From positions 352,001 to 416,000 of the forward strand of contig JAWVXD010000001.1 of the NCBI GenBank assembly GCA_033723415.1: a stretch of 64,000 nt of DNA, in the 5' to 3' direction. Source of the stretch: Sulfurospirillaceae bacterium (GTDB taxonomy: Bacteria; Campylobacterota; Campylobacteria; Campylobacterales; Sulfurospirillaceae). A model generated the notes under the pieces. The model was not told where the DNA came from and did not search any database. It saw only the letters and a program-made list of their open reading frames with translations. The number at the start of each line of letters is the position of its first letter. Position 1 is the stretch's first letter. The translations under genes and the position numbers were made by a program. Shown piece by piece: positions 1 through 10,994 of the stretch.

Positions 1-1211
1 AATACAACGCCGCCAAGAATCGCATAGTGAAAGTGCGCCACGACAAAGTAAGTACCGTGAAGATAAACATTAAGACCGACTGCGGCCAATATAAGACCTG
101 TCAAACCACCTATAATAAATGTCACAAATGTACCTACAACCCATAGCATCGGTGCTTTAAAGTCGATAGAAGCTTTGTACATCGTCGCAATCCAGTCAAA
201 GAATTTTATACCTGTAGGAACAGCAACAAAAAATGTCAAGACTGAAAATATTAATTGAATTGTATTTGACTCACCTGATGTAAACATATGATGTCCCCAA
301 ACTAAGTAACCAACACCTGCGATCATAGCACTTGAGATAGCTATTGAGCGGTAACCGAATATAGGTTTTCTACAAAATGTCGGTATGATCTCAGATGCGA
401 TTCCAAAAGCCGGAAGGATCATGAGATAAACTGCAGGATGAGAATACATCCAAAACATATTTTCAAGTAGTACGGGATCGCCGCCTTTGGTCGGATCAAA
501 GATCCCTATACCAAATACTCTCTCTATAACAACCATAAGCAATGTAATCCCGATGATCGGAGTCGCAAGAACTTGTATCCAAGACGTTGCATATAGTCCC
601 CAAACAAACAAAGGCATTTTGAAAAAGCCCATACCCGGAGCTCTAAGCCTGTGAATTGTAGCTATAAAATTTAAACCTGTTAAAATTGAAGCCAATCCCA
701 GAAAATACGCCGCAGTCAATGCCAATATAACATTGGTTCCACTTTTTGTACTATATGGTGCATAAAATGTCCAGCCTGTGTCTGCTGAACCGCCATTTGC
801 AAACAACGATACAAAGACCAAAATAGCACCAAACATATATATCCACCAAGAGAGTAGGTTCAATCTAGGGAAAGAAACATCTCTGGCACCAAGTTGCAAC
901 GGAAGCAGAAAATTACCAAGAGTCGCCGGAATTCCCGGAACAATAAATAAAAAGATCATGATAATACCATGCAATGTAAAAGCTTGGTTATATCTCTCGG
1001 GACTCATTATCTGCTGACCCGGGCTAAATAGCTCCAAACGCATCAATAAAGCTATACATACGGCTGCTGTGAAAAATGTAAACATTGCAACGCCGTAAAG
1101 TATAGAGATACGTTTGTGATCTATACTAAATATCCATTGCAGGAACTTATTCTTATGATGCCCAAAAACAGTGTGGGTCTCATGGTAAAAACTTGTGTGA
1201 GTATTACTCAT
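1..1211 (-). CDS. ctaD: Heme-copper (cytochrome c) oxidase subunit I, A2-type; 3' end runs off the window
   Basis: Not in the ORF track; translated by hand from ATG at 1211: MSNTHTSFY...WIFSIDHKRISILY...GGDPVLLENMFWMYSHPAVY...VWGHHMF...HGTYFVVAHFHY, which carries the CuB and heme ligand motifs. Confidence 0.95.
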   Translation of the reverse strand, partial: MSNTHTSFYHETHTVFGHHKNKFLQWIFSIDHKRISILYGVAMFTFFTAAVCIALLMRLELFSPGQQIMSPERYNQAFTLHGIIMIFLFIVPGIPATLGNFLLPLQLGARDVSFPRLNLLSWWIYMFGAILVFVSLFANGGSADTGWTFYAPYSTKSGTNVILALTAAYFLGLASILTGLNFIATIHRLRAPGMGFFKMPLFVWGLYATSWIQVLATPIIGITLLMVVIERVFGIGIFDPTKGGDPVLLENMFWMYSHPAVYLMILPAFGIASEIIPTFCRKPIFGYRSIAISSAMIAGVGYLVWGHHMFTSGESNTIQLIFSVLTFFVAVPTGIKFFDWIATMYKASIDFKAPMLWVVGTFVTFIIGGLTGLILAAVGLNVYLHGTYFVVAHFHYAILGGVV

Positions 1212-2004
1212 GTAAATCATCTCCTTTTTTTCTTTTTCTACTTTTACTTGTAAGAACAAAATATATAAACAACATGATCATGAACAACGTCATGACTGCA
1301 CCAAATATCTTTTTGGTTTCAAAAACGTATTTGTTGCTTTTTGGATCAAATGAAAAACAAAAAGCTACGGCTCTGGCGATAGTAGGTCTAGCTATGCCTT
1401 TGCTTGCTTCGCCTATGGCCATTTGGAGGTCAAAAGGAAGGTAATCTATACCGTTTAGATATCTAGTTATCTTTCCTTTAGGAGAAAGGATAACAAGACC
1501 TGCGGGATGGATATAATCAATAAAACCTTGTTTGTTTATAATCTTTTTAAAGTTATATCCCAAAGCATTTGTAAGAGCATCAACTGTCTTTTTGTCAGGA
1601 GTAGTTAAAAAACTCCAAGCACTCTTGTTGAAGTCTTTTCTTATCACAGCTGTGTGATTTTTCTTGAACCACATCGCATCTTTTGGACCATCTGTAGTTA
1701 CAAAACTTATTGTTAAAGCTTTATAATCTTTACCTTCTTTTAGGTTTAGTTTATCCAGGGACTTTGTCATTCCATCAATCTGAGGACCACAAATACCGGG
1801 ACAATGAAAATAATTTACGGATATGACCGTAGGTTTATTTTCCATAAACTCACCCAAAGTTTTTTTGACGCCGTGTTCGTCTGTAAAAACCAGATTTAGA
1901 GGCACAAATTTACCTAATCTTTCGTAAGTACCAATTTTCGTATCGCTTCCATATAAAAACATAGAAAAATACACTGATAAGAACAATAATAGAAACTTTT
2001 TCAT
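1204..2004 (-). CDS. SCO/SenC family copper chaperone
   Basis: Signal peptide, CPGIC (CxxxC), conserved His (YIHP), C-terminal TM helix; overlaps start of oxidase subunit I. Confidence 0.9.
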   Translation of the reverse strand: MKKFLLLFLSVYFSMFLYGSDTKIGTYERLGKFVPLNLVFTDEHGVKKTLGEFMENKPTVISVNYFHCPGICGPQIDGMTKSLDKLNLKEGKDYKALTISFVTTDGPKDAMWFKKNHTAVIRKDFNKSAWSFLTTPDKKTVDALTNALGYNFKKIINKQGFIDYIHPAGLVILSPKGKITRYLNGIDYLPFDLQMAIGEASKGIARPTIARAVAFCFSFDPKSNKYVFETKKIFGAVMTLFMIMLFIYFVLTSKSRKRKKGDDLHE

Positions 2005-2449
2005 TCTTCTCCCAATTTCTTAATAGAGTTTTTTAAATATTAAATAAATATTAAATTAACATTTATTTAACACTTTTTTAACAAACAAATTCTATCAAAT
2101 ATTATTTTTCTTAAAGGCGTATAAAAATTTTAATCAAGATTATTTATAAATAAAGTTTTAATATTTTAAAAAGGTATTATAAATATAATATTTATTGTAA
2201 TAACAGATTTTATATAAGAGTAAAAATGTCGTATTTAAGCCTAAAATGGATTTAAGATAAATTATATCTTAATTATAAAAACTATATTAATAAAAATATA
2301 TACAAACTTGAAGTTTTATGATTTTTTCTTATATATTGTGATACAATTATATAAGAGATAGACTAGTCTTATCAGGGCTTTTAGAGAAAAAAATAAAAAA
2401 ATTGACAATATAATTCAAGTATATTATATTCTGTATAAAAGGATACAAA

Positions 2450-3421
2450 ATGAGAATTTACAGACTTTTCCCTTTTGTGGTTTTATTGTGCACTTCAATA
2501 ACCTTATATGCCGTAAATACAGGCAATCCTAAATACTTGGGGACTGTGAGTTTAAATGAGATTATTATGAAACCTAATACTTTGATAGTAAATATAAACA
2601 GCAATGGATGTACTGATAAAAAATCTCTTAAAATTGATGTTCAAAAAGATACTTCTATATCAAATCCTGAGCATTATATATTAAATATCAAAAGAATAAA
2701 ACCTGATCTATGTAACAACTTCATACCAAATGGAAAGACTGTGTTTTTTGACCTAAACAGAGATTTGAATATAACAGGTCAATTTAGCTATTCTGTAGTA
2801 AATGGCATAACCAGTGTAATGCATCTTTCAGAGAATAACGATTCATCTACTGCTTTAAGCAAGAACGTGGCACAAACTAAACCTTTAGTAACAGAAGTTC
2901 AACCTAAATCATTCAAAAAATTCTCAGTCATGCATAATTATTTTACCACAGAGATACCGACATCTTGGAAATTATCGTATGACGTAAACAAAGATCAACA
3001 AAATGGTATTTTTGAAATCAGACTAACTAAATCAAACGAATCAAATACCTCTAATACTACGCCTGAACCTATGATATATGTAGGATTTTATGACTCAAAT
3101 AATACTCAAAAAGAAACTTATGACGTGTTTATAAATGAATACAAAAAATTAGCACAGAAGAGGGCAGGTGATCCAAACTATCATTATGAAGATCCAAAAA
3201 CGATAACTTTAAACGGATTACAGGCTATGCAGTTATCATATGAAGTTTATAAAAATACAGACAAGCTTTTGAATCAATTTTGGATGCAAGCCAACTTTAT
3301 TTTATTGAAGACTCAAGAAGGTTTTTATGTATTGGCGTATAAAAGTCCAAAAGAATTCTATGAGAAATTTTTACCAATATTTAATAAAGTCAAAAATACA
3401 TTTAATCCTGGAATATTTTAA
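2450..3421 (+). CDS. Exported hypothetical protein, possible PsbP-like C-terminal domain
   Basis: 323-aa ORF with signal peptide and AAGGA RBS; C-terminal half has a PsbP/Mog1-like pattern (inference). Confidence 0.6.
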   Translation: MRIYRLFPFVVLLCTSITLYAVNTGNPKYLGTVSLNEIIMKPNTLIVNINSNGCTDKKSLKIDVQKDTSISNPEHYILNIKRIKPDLCNNFIPNGKTVFFDLNRDLNITGQFSYSVVNGITSVMHLSENNDSSTALSKNVAQTKPLVTEVQPKSFKKFSVMHNYFTTEIPTSWKLSYDVNKDQQNGIFEIRLTKSNESNTSNTTPEPMIYVGFYDSNNTQKETYDVFINEYKKLAQKRAGDPNYHYEDPKTITLNGLQAMQLSYEVYKNTDKLLNQFWMQANFILLKTQEGFYVLAYKSPKEFYEKFLPIFNKVKNTFNPGIF

Positions 3422-3476
3422 ATTTTAGTATTAAATAGAGTTATTAAATGACTATAAACTAGGCTATAGATGTTGT

Positions 3477-3881
3477 TTATTTACCTAAAATGACAAAATA
3501 AACTATTAAAAATATCACCCATGCTAAAAACATAGCCAAAAATATTTTAATAGTGGAAAGCAAGACTGAACAGTTCCCAAATTGTCTATGTTTTGTTTCC
3601 TGATGAGACATATACAAGATCCAAAGAGATATAACCGGACCGGCTACAGGAAGAGCAACAAAAAGTAGTGCACTGTAAAAATACCAATGAGATAAATAAT
3701 CATTTTGTTTACTTTTAAACTCTACGATAAGTCCGATAGCCATAAGGAATGTACCAAACAAATAAATACAAATACTTAAATCTGCTGAGTTAGAAAAAGG
3801 GATCATTCCGATGATAATAGCAATATAAGACACAATAAGCCCGATTCCTATAAAATTGTTTCCAAAAAGTGTTTTAAACAT
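3477..3881 (-). CDS. Hypothetical integral membrane protein
   Basis: 134 aa with about four hydrophobic segments. Confidence 0.6.
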   Translation of the reverse strand: MFKTLFGNNFIGIGLIVSYIAIIIGMIPFSNSADLSICIYLFGTFLMAIGLIVEFKSKQNDYLSHWYFYSALLFVALPVAGPVISLWILYMSHQETKHRQFGNCSVLLSTIKIFLAMFLAWVIFLIVYFVILGK

Positions 3882-4034
3882 AGGTACTTCTTTTATATAC
3901 TTTTTTATCTCTCAAAAGCTGTCGTCAGCTCACAATTTACCACAAAAGACGAAAACTAAAACTAAGTTTTGCATTATTCGTCATTTCTGCTACCTCTTTT
4001 TTTCACTAATAAATCTAACGTTAAAATAATTATT

Positions 4035-5708
4035 TCAACTAAAAAATGTATTTTCAAGATCTTCTATACTTTCAATATTCTCTTTAATAAAATCTATATA
4101 ATAATAGTCAACCCCAACACCAAACTTTTTAACAAATGCCGTGATCTCAGTTTCATCAAAAACTATATCTTTCCCAATATTTAAAACCAAAAAGTTATCT
4201 CCAAAAAATCTGATGACTATTGAATTTGGATATCTTTGCATGAGTATTTGTGACAAACTTTTTAGTAGCTCATCTCCCTTTTTCCAACCAAATTCTTTAT
4301 TATAAGCAGTCAAATTTTTCAAAGTCAGGCGATATGCATTTACTTTTTTGTAATTATGTAATTTTGTCAAAAGAGCTTTAAGATGATTTATATTATAACA
4401 GCCTGTAAGCTGATCCTTAAGATAATAACAAAATCTCATCTCATCTAATTCATTTTGAGGTATTTGTTCTGCAAAATCAGCTATAGATATGTCTTCCAAA
4501 GCTTTTAGAGCAGCATTTACGATACGAGGGTTAAACTGGTGTCCGCTCTCTTGCCTCAAAATTTCAAAAGTTTCTTCTTTACTAAGAGCGATTTTGTATG
4601 CTCTACTGGTAGTTATAGCATCAAAAGTATCAGCCACGGCGATGATCTGTGATAAGATCGGAATTTTGTCCCCTTGCAAACCCTCAGGATATCCCTTGCC
4701 ATCATATCTCTCATGATGATAAAGTACGATTTTAGAGAGTTCATTAAATGGACCGTGAGATAACAATTGTGCACCAAAAATAGAGTGTGATTTAATTAGT
4801 TCATATTCTTCATTAGATAATTTTTCCGGTTTTAATAAAATAGCATCTGGGATCTCTATCTTTCCTATATCATGTAGCATTGCCGCTCTAAAGAGTAAGT
4901 CTATTTTATCTTTTGAAAGTTCCATGGTCTGGGCTATTTTTGTCGCATAAGAAGCAACTCTTCTACTGTGTCCGGCCGTATATGTATCTCTTCTTTCCAT
5001 CATATCTGCCAGTAGATATATGTTTTCTTCGTAATCTTTCATTCTGGCATTAAAATAATTTCTGCTTTTATAGTTAGACCAAATTATAACAGCCAATCCT
5101 GCCAGCCATGTTATAAAATACGCAAAAACAAGAAAAAAGTATCTTTTTTTATTTGAATTTTCAAAGATCGGTATTTTTATTATGGCATCGACACTGCCGA
5201 TCACATCACCTTCTTTGCTTTCATCATGAATATGACACAATAGACAATTTCTAGTTGCTATTAAGGGTTTTGTAAAATAAACATAAGAATCAGAATTTTG
5301 TTTATATATAACATATTGTTCTTCTTTTGTCTTCTGCATAGTTTTTATTGTTTTTGTTATTTTTTGGGGATAATCTTCAAAATCATCTTCATAAAAAAAG
5401 CTGTTTATATTTAGTGTTATTCCTTTATTTTCATTTATCTTGTGTATTAAGTTGTTTAGTGAGAAGGTCAGTCCTGTTTTTATTTTATTTTTATTTTTTT
5501 CTTCTTTGATTTTTTGTTGAAATATCCATCTTATAATATATTCTGCTTCTTGAGTTGCTTCTTTACTTTGATATATTTGGTTCTCGACTATGTGTTTATT
5601 TTCATTATGAAGTTGGAAATTGAAAAAAATATATGTCAAAATTGTCCATAAGACTGACATTATGAGAGCAATTCTCTTGAAATAAAAATACTTTATTGGT
5701 GCAGGCAT
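4035..5708 (-). CDS. Membrane-bound HD-GYP phosphodiesterase with periplasmic CxxCH sensor and degenerate GGDEF domain
   Basis: Two TM helices, CLLCH, LHDIGK, HHERYDGKGYP, C-terminal DQLTG...RFFGDNF. Confidence 0.85.
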   Translation of the reverse strand: MPAPIKYFYFKRIALIMSVLWTILTYIFFNFQLHNENKHIVENQIYQSKEATQEAEYIIRWIFQQKIKEEKNKNKIKTGLTFSLNNLIHKINENKGITLNINSFFYEDDFEDYPQKITKTIKTMQKTKEEQYVIYKQNSDSYVYFTKPLIATRNCLLCHIHDESKEGDVIGSVDAIIKIPIFENSNKKRYFFLVFAYFITWLAGLAVIIWSNYKSRNYFNARMKDYEENIYLLADMMERRDTYTAGHSRRVASYATKIAQTMELSKDKIDLLFRAAMLHDIGKIEIPDAILLKPEKLSNEEYELIKSHSIFGAQLLSHGPFNELSKIVLYHHERYDGKGYPEGLQGDKIPILSQIIAVADTFDAITTSRAYKIALSKEETFEILRQESGHQFNPRIVNAALKALEDISIADFAEQIPQNELDEMRFCYYLKDQLTGCYNINHLKALLTKLHNYKKVNAYRLTLKNLTAYNKEFGWKKGDELLKSLSQILMQRYPNSIVIRFFGDNFLVLNIGKDIVFDETEITAFVKKFGVGVDYYYIDFIKENIESIEDLENTFFS

Positions 5709-5786
5709 ACTTTATAATCCAAATTTTAAGTAATTAAAATATGATTATATCCTATTTTAGTTAAAAATAAATTAACCTTGTTAAAT

Positions 5787-6692
5787 TTATTTTATAGCTT
5801 CCTTTACCGCATTGATATAACTTTTTAAAGATAACTCCACATTTTTATATGCTTTGTCAAAGCCTGTCCCATGATCAACGGAAGTTCTTGTAATACTTTG
5901 ATTTAATGTAACATTGATACTTTCCTCAAAATAAAGTGCTTTCAAAGGGATAAGTCCTTGGTCATGATACATACAGACAAAATATTTATATTTATCTCTA
6001 TTAGGTTTTGTAAACGCGATATCCGGGACAAGGGGTCCTACAAAGAGTTCTTTCCCTAATATCTCATTTGATTTTTTTATAGCCAAACTGATATCTTTTT
6101 CTTCATTTCCTATAACGCCGTTGTCTCCTGCATGAGGGTTCAATCCCAAAACTGCAATCTGATCGGTCTCAATATAAGTTGAGACATCCAACAAGAATTT
6201 GGCTAATTGTTTTGTTTTTATTTTGGAACTCACATCCTTAAGAGGTATGTGATGTGTAAAGAGTAAAACAAACATCTCCTCACAGCCTAGCATCATAATG
6301 GTCTTGCAGCCAAGAAGATCAGATATGGCATCAGTGTGCCCTTTGTATTTGATATCTGCCAGATTCCAAGAAGCTTTATTTATAGGTAGTGTTACAACTG
6401 CTGATACTTTATTGCTTCTTGCCAGTGCAATCGCCGTTACAAATGAATCAAATGACATCTCTCCGGCAGCCTTTGTAGAAATACCTGGTTCTATATCAAA
6501 TATATCACCACATTCTTTCGTTTTAAATTTCTCCGGAACGTCAAGTCCAAGCATTGCCGCAGCCCAATTTAGCATCGTTTGATTGATACAATAAACAGGT
6601 TTACAAATTTTACTGATCTCTTCATGAGCTCTAAGGGCAATTTCAAGACCTATGCCGTTTATGTCTCCGATACTTATGGCAACTTTTTTCAT
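5787..6692 (-). CDS. pdxA: 4-hydroxythreonine-4-phosphate dehydrogenase
   Basis: AISIGDINGIG, GLNPHAG, MYHDQGL, RTSVDHGT; start moved to ATG 6692, which overlaps the pdxJ stop. Confidence 0.95.
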   Translation of the reverse strand: MKKVAISIGDINGIGLEIALRAHEEISKICKPVYCINQTMLNWAAAMLGLDVPEKFKTKECGDIFDIEPGISTKAAGEMSFDSFVTAIALARSNKVSAVVTLPINKASWNLADIKYKGHTDAISDLLGCKTIMMLGCEEMFVLLFTHHIPLKDVSSKIKTKQLAKFLLDVSTYIETDQIAVLGLNPHAGDNGVIGNEEKDISLAIKKSNEILGKELFVGPLVPDIAFTKPNRDKYKYFVCMYHDQGLIPLKALYFEESINVTLNQSITRTSVDHGTGFDKAYKNVELSLKSYINAVKEAIK

Positions 6693-7471
6693 TTTATAGC
6701 CTCTATCATATCTTTTATTGCTACTTCTAAGCCTGTAAAGACTGATCTGGCAATTATACACTGTCCTATATTTAGCTCTTCTATGCCTTCTATTTTCACT
6801 ATTTCTTTAACATTTTGGTAGTTAAGACCATGACCTGCTGCTACTTTTAGTCCAAGTTTTTTTGCAAGGTGTGTACTGACTCTTAATTTGTCTAAAGCAT
6901 TTGCTAACAATGATTTTAATTCTTCTCTTGATAATTCCAGCTCTTTTATACTGTGTTTTGTTAGCGAAAGATTTGAAAAGAGCATAGCATATATATTTGA
7001 ATAAAGCCCGGTATGCAGTTCTATCCAATCTGCATTCAATTCCTTTGAAAACTCTATAGCTTTATCATCAGGATCAATGAACAAAGATAATTCTATATTT
7101 TTTACTTTAAGTTCTTGTGATATCTTTTTGATGATTTCAAAATTTTTATAAACATCCAATCCGCCCTCGGTCGTGACTTCTTCTCTTTTCTCAGGTACTA
7201 AAGTGATACGGTGAGGGTTTAGCTCGATGACTTTTTTGATCACTTCTTCGTTTATTGAACATTCTAGATTTATCGGTAAGTGTGAATTCTCGACGATTCT
7301 TTTTGCATCATCATCATTGATATGTCTTCTGTCTTCTCTTAGATGTATTGTTATCTGATCTGCTCCGGCTCGCTTTGCCAGAGAGACTGCATCAAGCGGA
7401 TCAGGATCATTGATCTTCCTTGCCTCTCGTAAGACTGCTATGTGGTCTATATTTACACCCAAGAACATCAA
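6689..7471 (-). CDS. pdxJ: Pyridoxine 5'-phosphate synthase
   Basis: LGVNIDHIAVLREAR, HLREDRRHI, AGHGLNY. Confidence 0.97.
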   Translation of the reverse strand: MMFLGVNIDHIAVLREARKINDPDPLDAVSLAKRAGADQITIHLREDRRHINDDDAKRIVENSHLPINLECSINEEVIKKVIELNPHRITLVPEKREEVTTEGGLDVYKNFEIIKKISQELKVKNIELSLFIDPDDKAIEFSKELNADWIELHTGLYSNIYAMLFSNLSLTKHSIKELELSREELKSLLANALDKLRVSTHLAKKLGLKVAAGHGLNYQNVKEIVKIEGIEELNIGQCIIARSVFTGLEVAIKDMIEAIK

Positions 7472-7571
7472 AATCTCCTTTGTGAATATCTTTTAAAACC
7501 ATATATTATACCTATATTAAATAAAAGAATTATTTAGTATAATGATAAAAAACAATCACAAAGGATTTATT

Positions 7572-8330
7572 ATGAGAAAGATATTTTTGATTTTAGTATT
7601 ATTTATAGGGTTAAATTTATTTTCCAGCGAACTTCAAATAAAAACAAAAGATGGATTTATATTAAAGGGTTGGTTGACTTTTCCGAAAGTTTCAGAAAAA
7701 ACTTATCCTTTGGCAGTTTTTGCTCATGAATTTGGCAGTGACCATAAAATGTGGGCAAATATATCAAAACTTATGCGTAAAAGAGGATATGCTACGTTTG
7801 AGATGGATCTAAGAGGCCATGGAAAATCAATTATGCAAAATGGAAAAGAAAATAAGATAATCAGTTTTAAAACCTTGGACCATCTAGAAGCTTCCGTAAA
7901 ACAGAGTGCTATAAAAGTAGATTTTAAAAAAATTCCAAATGACTTATCTGCATGGATCGATAAATTGTCACAGAATAAGAAATTAAAAACAGAAAACATG
8001 GTGTTTTTCGGTGCGTCTTTAGGTGGTGGAGCAATCATATCAATCTTGCTTGATTATGAACCTAAAGTCGTAGTGCTATTCTCACCTGCAGCTCCAAAGA
8101 CTTATGATGAAACTGCCATGAATGACTCTATTTCAAATAGCGAAGCTAAAATACTGATTTTTTCTTCTAGAGATGATTTTGCCAGGAAAACAGCTATTTA
8201 CTACATGACAAAAGCACTGACACCAACACTTATAGTTCTACCTGGCAGTGGACACGGAAGTGCAACATTTGACCTTGCTATGCCTTTTTTAAAAACTTAT
8301 CTTAATAAATATTTACCAATAGAAAAGTGA
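7572..8330 (+). CDS. Exported alpha/beta hydrolase
   Basis: Signal peptide after AAGGA RBS, DLRGHGKS, GASLGG nucleophile elbow, GHG. Confidence 0.85.
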   Translation: MRKIFLILVLFIGLNLFSSELQIKTKDGFILKGWLTFPKVSEKTYPLAVFAHEFGSDHKMWANISKLMRKRGYATFEMDLRGHGKSIMQNGKENKIISFKTLDHLEASVKQSAIKVDFKKIPNDLSAWIDKLSQNKKLKTENMVFFGASLGGGAIISILLDYEPKVVVLFSPAAPKTYDETAMNDSISNSEAKILIFSSRDDFARKTAIYYMTKALTPTLIVLPGSGHGSATFDLAMPFLKTYLNKYLPIEK

Positions 8331-9229
8331 AGATGATAGGTTGTGACCTTGGATCAAATACGCTAAGAATAGTGGAAATTGACTGTAAAACAAAAAAAAG
8401 AGTTATTGAATTTGAGAAGATAGTAAAAACAGGACAAAATTTAAAAAATAGCGGCAAAATATCGGATGAATCGATCAAAAATATCTTTGATGCTTTAGAA
8501 GAAGCTTCAAGTATTTTTGATTTTTCATCTAAAAAAACTAAATGCGTGACAACAGAAGCAATGAGACTGGCATCAAACTCAGATGAAATTCTAAAGACAA
8601 TAAAGGAAAGATTTAATCTTGATTTTCAAATTATCTGCGGAGACACAGAAGCACAGTACACCTTACAAGGCGTCAAAAACTCGTTGAGACTACTGAATAT
8701 ACCAGATGATGATTTTTGTATGTTTGATTTAGGTGGAGGATCTACTGAGATCATCTATGTGCAAGAAAACAATACATCATATAAAAGCTTCCCTTTTGGT
8801 ATTTTGAAGATTTCTGAACAATATCCTGATTTAGAAAGCCTGCAAAATGGCATTTACGAAGAGATTGAACAGATAAATTACTTTATAAAAGGTCATAATA
8901 AACCTAAAAAACTAATTGCGACTGCAGGAACACCTACTACCGTATGCGCATTTTTACAAGATGTGGATTATAGATCTTATAACCATAACAAAGTATCAGG
9001 TAAAATATTGCATATAAACGATTTTAAAAAAGCATATACCCAAATTTTGGCATTAAGTCTTGAAGAACAAGAGAGGTATTGCGGTACTAACCGAAGTGAA
9101 CTGATCAAGACAGGTATTTTGATAATAATAGGATTAATGGAAAAACTAAAGTTTGAAGAATGCCTAATAGTAGACGATGGACTCAGAGAAGGAGTTGCCC
9201 TTTCATTGTGTAATTTTGGCTTTGTCTAA
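8327..9229 (+). CDS. Ppx/GppA family phosphatase
   Basis: DLGSNT, TEAMR, DLGGGSTE, GLREG. Confidence 0.9.
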   Translation: MKMIGCDLGSNTLRIVEIDCKTKKRVIEFEKIVKTGQNLKNSGKISDESIKNIFDALEEASSIFDFSSKKTKCVTTEAMRLASNSDEILKTIKERFNLDFQIICGDTEAQYTLQGVKNSLRLLNIPDDDFCMFDLGGGSTEIIYVQENNTSYKSFPFGILKISEQYPDLESLQNGIYEEIEQINYFIKGHNKPKKLIATAGTPTTVCAFLQDVDYRSYNHNKVSGKILHINDFKKAYTQILALSLEEQERYCGTNRSELIKTGILIIIGLMEKLKFEECLIVDDGLREGVALSLCNFGFV

Positions 9230-9296
9230 GATTTTTTTGATATAATTAACGACTTTTTATATAAAAAAGTAAAAATAAAACTGGAAAGGAGAGGTC

Positions 9297-10991
9297 ATGG
9301 ATTTAAACGGTTCTCAGATGGTCGTAGAAGCACTGCATAAGGAGAACGTAAGTGTAGTCTTTGGCTATCCTGGCGGTGCCATCATGAATGTTTATGATGA
9401 AGTATACAAACAAAACTATTTTGAACACATATTAACAAGACACGAACAAGCTGCAGTACATGCGGCTGATGGATATGCAAGAGCAAGCGGAGAGGTAGGA
9501 GTTGCATTCGTTACAAGCGGCCCAGGTTTTACCAACGCCGTAACAGGACTGGCAACAGCTTATATTGATTCTATTCCTATGGTTGTAATTAGTGGACAGG
9601 TTCCTATAAGTATGATAGGAACTGATGCTTTTCAAGAGATAGATGCAGTAGGAATCAGCAGACCTTGTGTTAAGCACAATTATCTCGTAAAACATGTAAG
9701 TGATCTACCAAGAATTTTAAAAGAAGCATTTTATATAGCAAGAAGCGGAAGACCCGGTCCTGTACATATAGACCTCCCAAAAGACGTTACTGCTCAGGTT
9801 GGAAAATTTGTATATCCTGATGAGATCACAATACAAACTTACAAGCCAACTTATAAAGGTAATTTTAGACAGATAAAAAAAGCCATAGATGCCATAAAAG
9901 AAGCAAAAAGACCTGTACTATATATAGGTGGTGGAGCTGTTAACTCAAACGCTGCCGCTGAAGTAAGAGAATTTGCCAATATTACAGGTATACCGGCTGT
10001 TGAGACTTTGATGGCAAGAGGCGTCATGGGAGATAATAACCCTTTATTACTGGGTATGCTTGGAATGCACGGGTGCTATTGCGCAAATATGTCTATGAGT
10101 GAAGCTGACTTGATGATAGCTTTTGGAGCCAGATTTGATGATAGAGTTACCGGAAAACTAAGTGAATTTGCAAAACATGCAAAAATAATCCATGTAGATA
10201 TTGATCCAAGCAGTATAGGGAAACTAGTAAAAATAGATTATCCGATAGTTGGTGATTTAAAAAATATAGTAAGCGAGATGATCCCTCTAGCTAAAGATAA
10301 AATCGATCCTTCTAAGTATGAACAATGGAGAAAAATACTAAAAAGATATGATGATATACACCCTTTAGGCTACAAAGACAGTCAAACTTGTATAAAACCT
10401 CAATGGGTTATCCAAAGGATTGGCGAACTACTTGGCGAAAAAGCTATAATATCAACAGATGTTGGTCAACATCAGATGTGGACAGCACAATTTTACCCAT
10501 TTGACAGACCTAGACAGTTTATCACAAGTGGCGGACTTGGAACTATGGGATTTGGTTTTCCAGCAGCTATGGGAGTTAAAAAAGCCATAAAAGACAAGAT
10601 TTCGATAAATATCACAGGTGATGGTTCGATTTTGATGAATATACAAGAGCTTATGACAGCATATGAATCAAAGATACCGGTTATAAATATTATATTAAAC
10701 AATGGTTATCTTGGTATGGTAAGGCAGTGGCAAACATTTTTTTATGACAAAAGATACTCATCAACTGATCTAAGCGGAGCTCAACCTGATTTTGTGAAAT
10801 TATCTGAGAGCTTTGGCGGTTTGGGATTTAGAGTTGAAACAAAAGAAGAATTTGATAAAGCTTTACATGAAGCCGTTGAAAGCAATATGGTCTGCATGAT
10901 AGATGTAAATGTTGATAGATTGGAAGATGTTTTACCTATGGTTCCTGCAGGTGGAACACTTTACAATATGATATTAGAGCATAAGGAATAA
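9297..10991 (+). CDS. ilvI: Acetolactate synthase large subunit
   Basis: VFGYPGGA, RHEQ, GDGS TPP-binding motif, GMVRQWQ. Confidence 0.95.
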   Translation: MDLNGSQMVVEALHKENVSVVFGYPGGAIMNVYDEVYKQNYFEHILTRHEQAAVHAADGYARASGEVGVAFVTSGPGFTNAVTGLATAYIDSIPMVVISGQVPISMIGTDAFQEIDAVGISRPCVKHNYLVKHVSDLPRILKEAFYIARSGRPGPVHIDLPKDVTAQVGKFVYPDEITIQTYKPTYKGNFRQIKKAIDAIKEAKRPVLYIGGGAVNSNAAAEVREFANITGIPAVETLMARGVMGDNNPLLLGMLGMHGCYCANMSMSEADLMIAFGARFDDRVTGKLSEFAKHAKIIHVDIDPSSIGKLVKIDYPIVGDLKNIVSEMIPLAKDKIDPSKYEQWRKILKRYDDIHPLGYKDSQTCIKPQWVIQRIGELLGEKAIISTDVGQHQMWTAQFYPFDRPRQFITSGGLGTMGFGFPAAMGVKKAIKDKISINITGDGSILMNIQELMTAYESKIPVINIILNNGYLGMVRQWQTFFYDKRYSSTDLSGAQPDFVKLSESFGGLGFRVETKEEFDKALHEAVESNMVCMIDVNVDRLEDVLPMVPAGGTLYNMILEHKE

Positions 10992-10994
10992 GAT

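Noticed and set aside
778..1444. Plus-strand ORFs 778-1017 and 1193-1444
   Set aside because: Antisense shadows of oxidase subunit I and SCO
2005..2449. Very AT-rich spacer as replication origin or ncRNA
   Set aside because: Consistent with a divergent promoter region; only low-complexity A/T inverted repeats
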